Assembly (NCBI RefSeq): GCF_030684315.1 | Contig: NC_081387.1 | Coordinates: forward strand, 6,676,497 to 6,740,496 | DNA: 64,000 nt | From: Stegostoma tigrinum | Taxonomy: Eukaryota | Direction: 5' to 3' | In this document: positions 62,516-64,000 of the stretch, piece after piece | Layout: each line of letters starts with the position of its first letter | Position numbering within the stretch: position 1 is the stretch's first letter | Notes under the pieces: model-generated | What the model was told of the DNA's origin: nothing | The model's database searches: none | What the model saw: only the letters and a program-made list of their open reading frames with translations | Position numbers and translations under genes: made by a program

Positions 62516-64000
62516 TGACTTGAGGAAGGGTCACCGGACCTGAAATGTTAACTCTGTTTTCTCCTTCACAGATGCTGCCAGACCTGCTGAGCTTTTCCAC
62601 CAACTTTGTTTTTGTTCTAACCTTTCTCACTGTCCACTATACCACCAATTTTGATGCCATCTGCAAACTTACAAAACCATTGCTTCCTCATGGTGATCTC
62701 AGATGATACAAGAATTGAACCTACACTAGTACAATCAATCTGTTGTGCAAACTAGCCCTTGACTGACTGTAGCAAAACTTTGTGAGTGATCGTTTGTGTC
62801 CCTTTAGCATATTAAGGGCGAGTCCCTTTTGGCTTCTGCACATGGCCATTTTGATGATACGTATGTTTGCCCGGTAAGCATTCTGTAGGAGTGATGTTGA
62901 TGTTGCAAAATGCCGTGTTGTTCAGTGCTCTGAACTGGGATAAGCTTCCACCTCCCACTATTTGCTTTAAAAAAAAGTGAGGAGATACTAAGAAATGATG
63001 CAAAAAGCCACATCCTGTGCAGATGCATGAAATGTAGGAACATGCAAACTAGAAATGTGTGCGTGTCTCTGTGTGTAAAACAACCTGACCGAAGGGTGGC
63101 TGGCCATGGATGTCCCTGAGCTCATAAAAGGATGCGCTAAAGTGCTGAAGTGATGTATCAGTTGGTCCAAAAGCAGACATGGTGAAGTGATGAAGCTGGT
63201 GGTTTGCTGTTAGTGACTTGCTTGGAGGAAGGCATTGTCCATGGAGCAGGTGACAGAGACAGAGTGGGATGAAGGCTCAGAGAAGTAATTGATGAGCTGG
63301 TAATTGCTGTGACTTTCATTTTGAGAACTAGTTTCTCACGGAAAGAGAGAAGAATTGGAAGCTGCACAGAACTGAAGTGGAGTGGGGTATTAATGAGATG
63401 TAAACATCCAGAAATAAAGTAAACAACACTCATTAGTGAGATTTTAAACTTGCCACTTTAAATCTTAAGAGGTGCTTCAGAATTTTATCTTTTGATATTG
63501 GTAATCTGATTTCTTTTCCATTTTTGACATATTTTCCCACGTTTTTCCCCTTCTCTTATGCTGCTCGAGGGAGTGAAAAATTTGCCCATTTTCCTTCCTA
63601 CGGCCTCACCTATTGCTTTAATAAGCTCCATAATCACATGATCCTGCACATCAACTCCCTTTTACTGGTGCATGTTAATTTCTAATCATCATTATCCTCA
63701 GTAGTCCCTTGCGTACGAGGATCACTCTCTTCCACTCTCAGGGTGAGTCTGTAGGTGGATATACAGGTCAAGACGGCTACCTCAGGCTATGCTACACTTG
63801 GGGCAGAAGGTGGTAATGGGTATGGATAGGCAGGGCATTGGTGTGGAAACATGCTCCTCACGCTATTTTCACCTGGCCTCTGCTTTTTCCCAATGGCATG
63901 TCTCACGGTGTTTGACGCCTCCCGGATGGATAAACATATGGATGATAATACAATAGTGTAGATTACATGGACCTCAGATTGGTTTCACAGGTCGGCGCAA

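Overview
Repeat-rich vertebrate genomic DNA. The SINE, LINE and Penelope repertoire indicates an elasmobranch (shark). Three spliced protein-coding genes can be read from the sequence. (1) On the minus strand, a multi-exon gene (5 phase-compatible exons, 14684 to <1) derived from a Mutator/MULE transposase, with a ZSWIM3/FAR1-type N-terminal C-C-H-H domain and the start of an RNase H-like domain. It sits under a CpG-island promoter built from six 41-bp units, five with a CATGCG NRF1-like core and one degenerate. (2) On the plus strand, a non-classical MHC class I gene (leader 29265-29316, alpha1 39423-39683, alpha2 41626-41901, alpha3 45312-45584). It has lost most peptide-anchoring residues, has a strongly hydrophobic, CD1-like groove and three extra cysteines, and I could find no convincing transmembrane exon. 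(3) On the plus strand, the first coding exon of a RING/B-box TRIM gene (52923-53339), directly preceded by a tandem ISRE. This class I + TRIM linkage suggests an MHC or MHC-like region. The rest is CR1, L2 and Rex LINEs, HE1-type and Deu-domain SINEs, Penelope-like elements (one young copy with an open RT/GIY-YIG ORF), fossil Harbinger and Gypsy pieces, and minisatellites. Several short TSD-flanked palindromic Penelope-end inserts carry hammerhead-ribozyme cores. All alignments and residue numberings were done by eye, and repeat boundaries are approximate.
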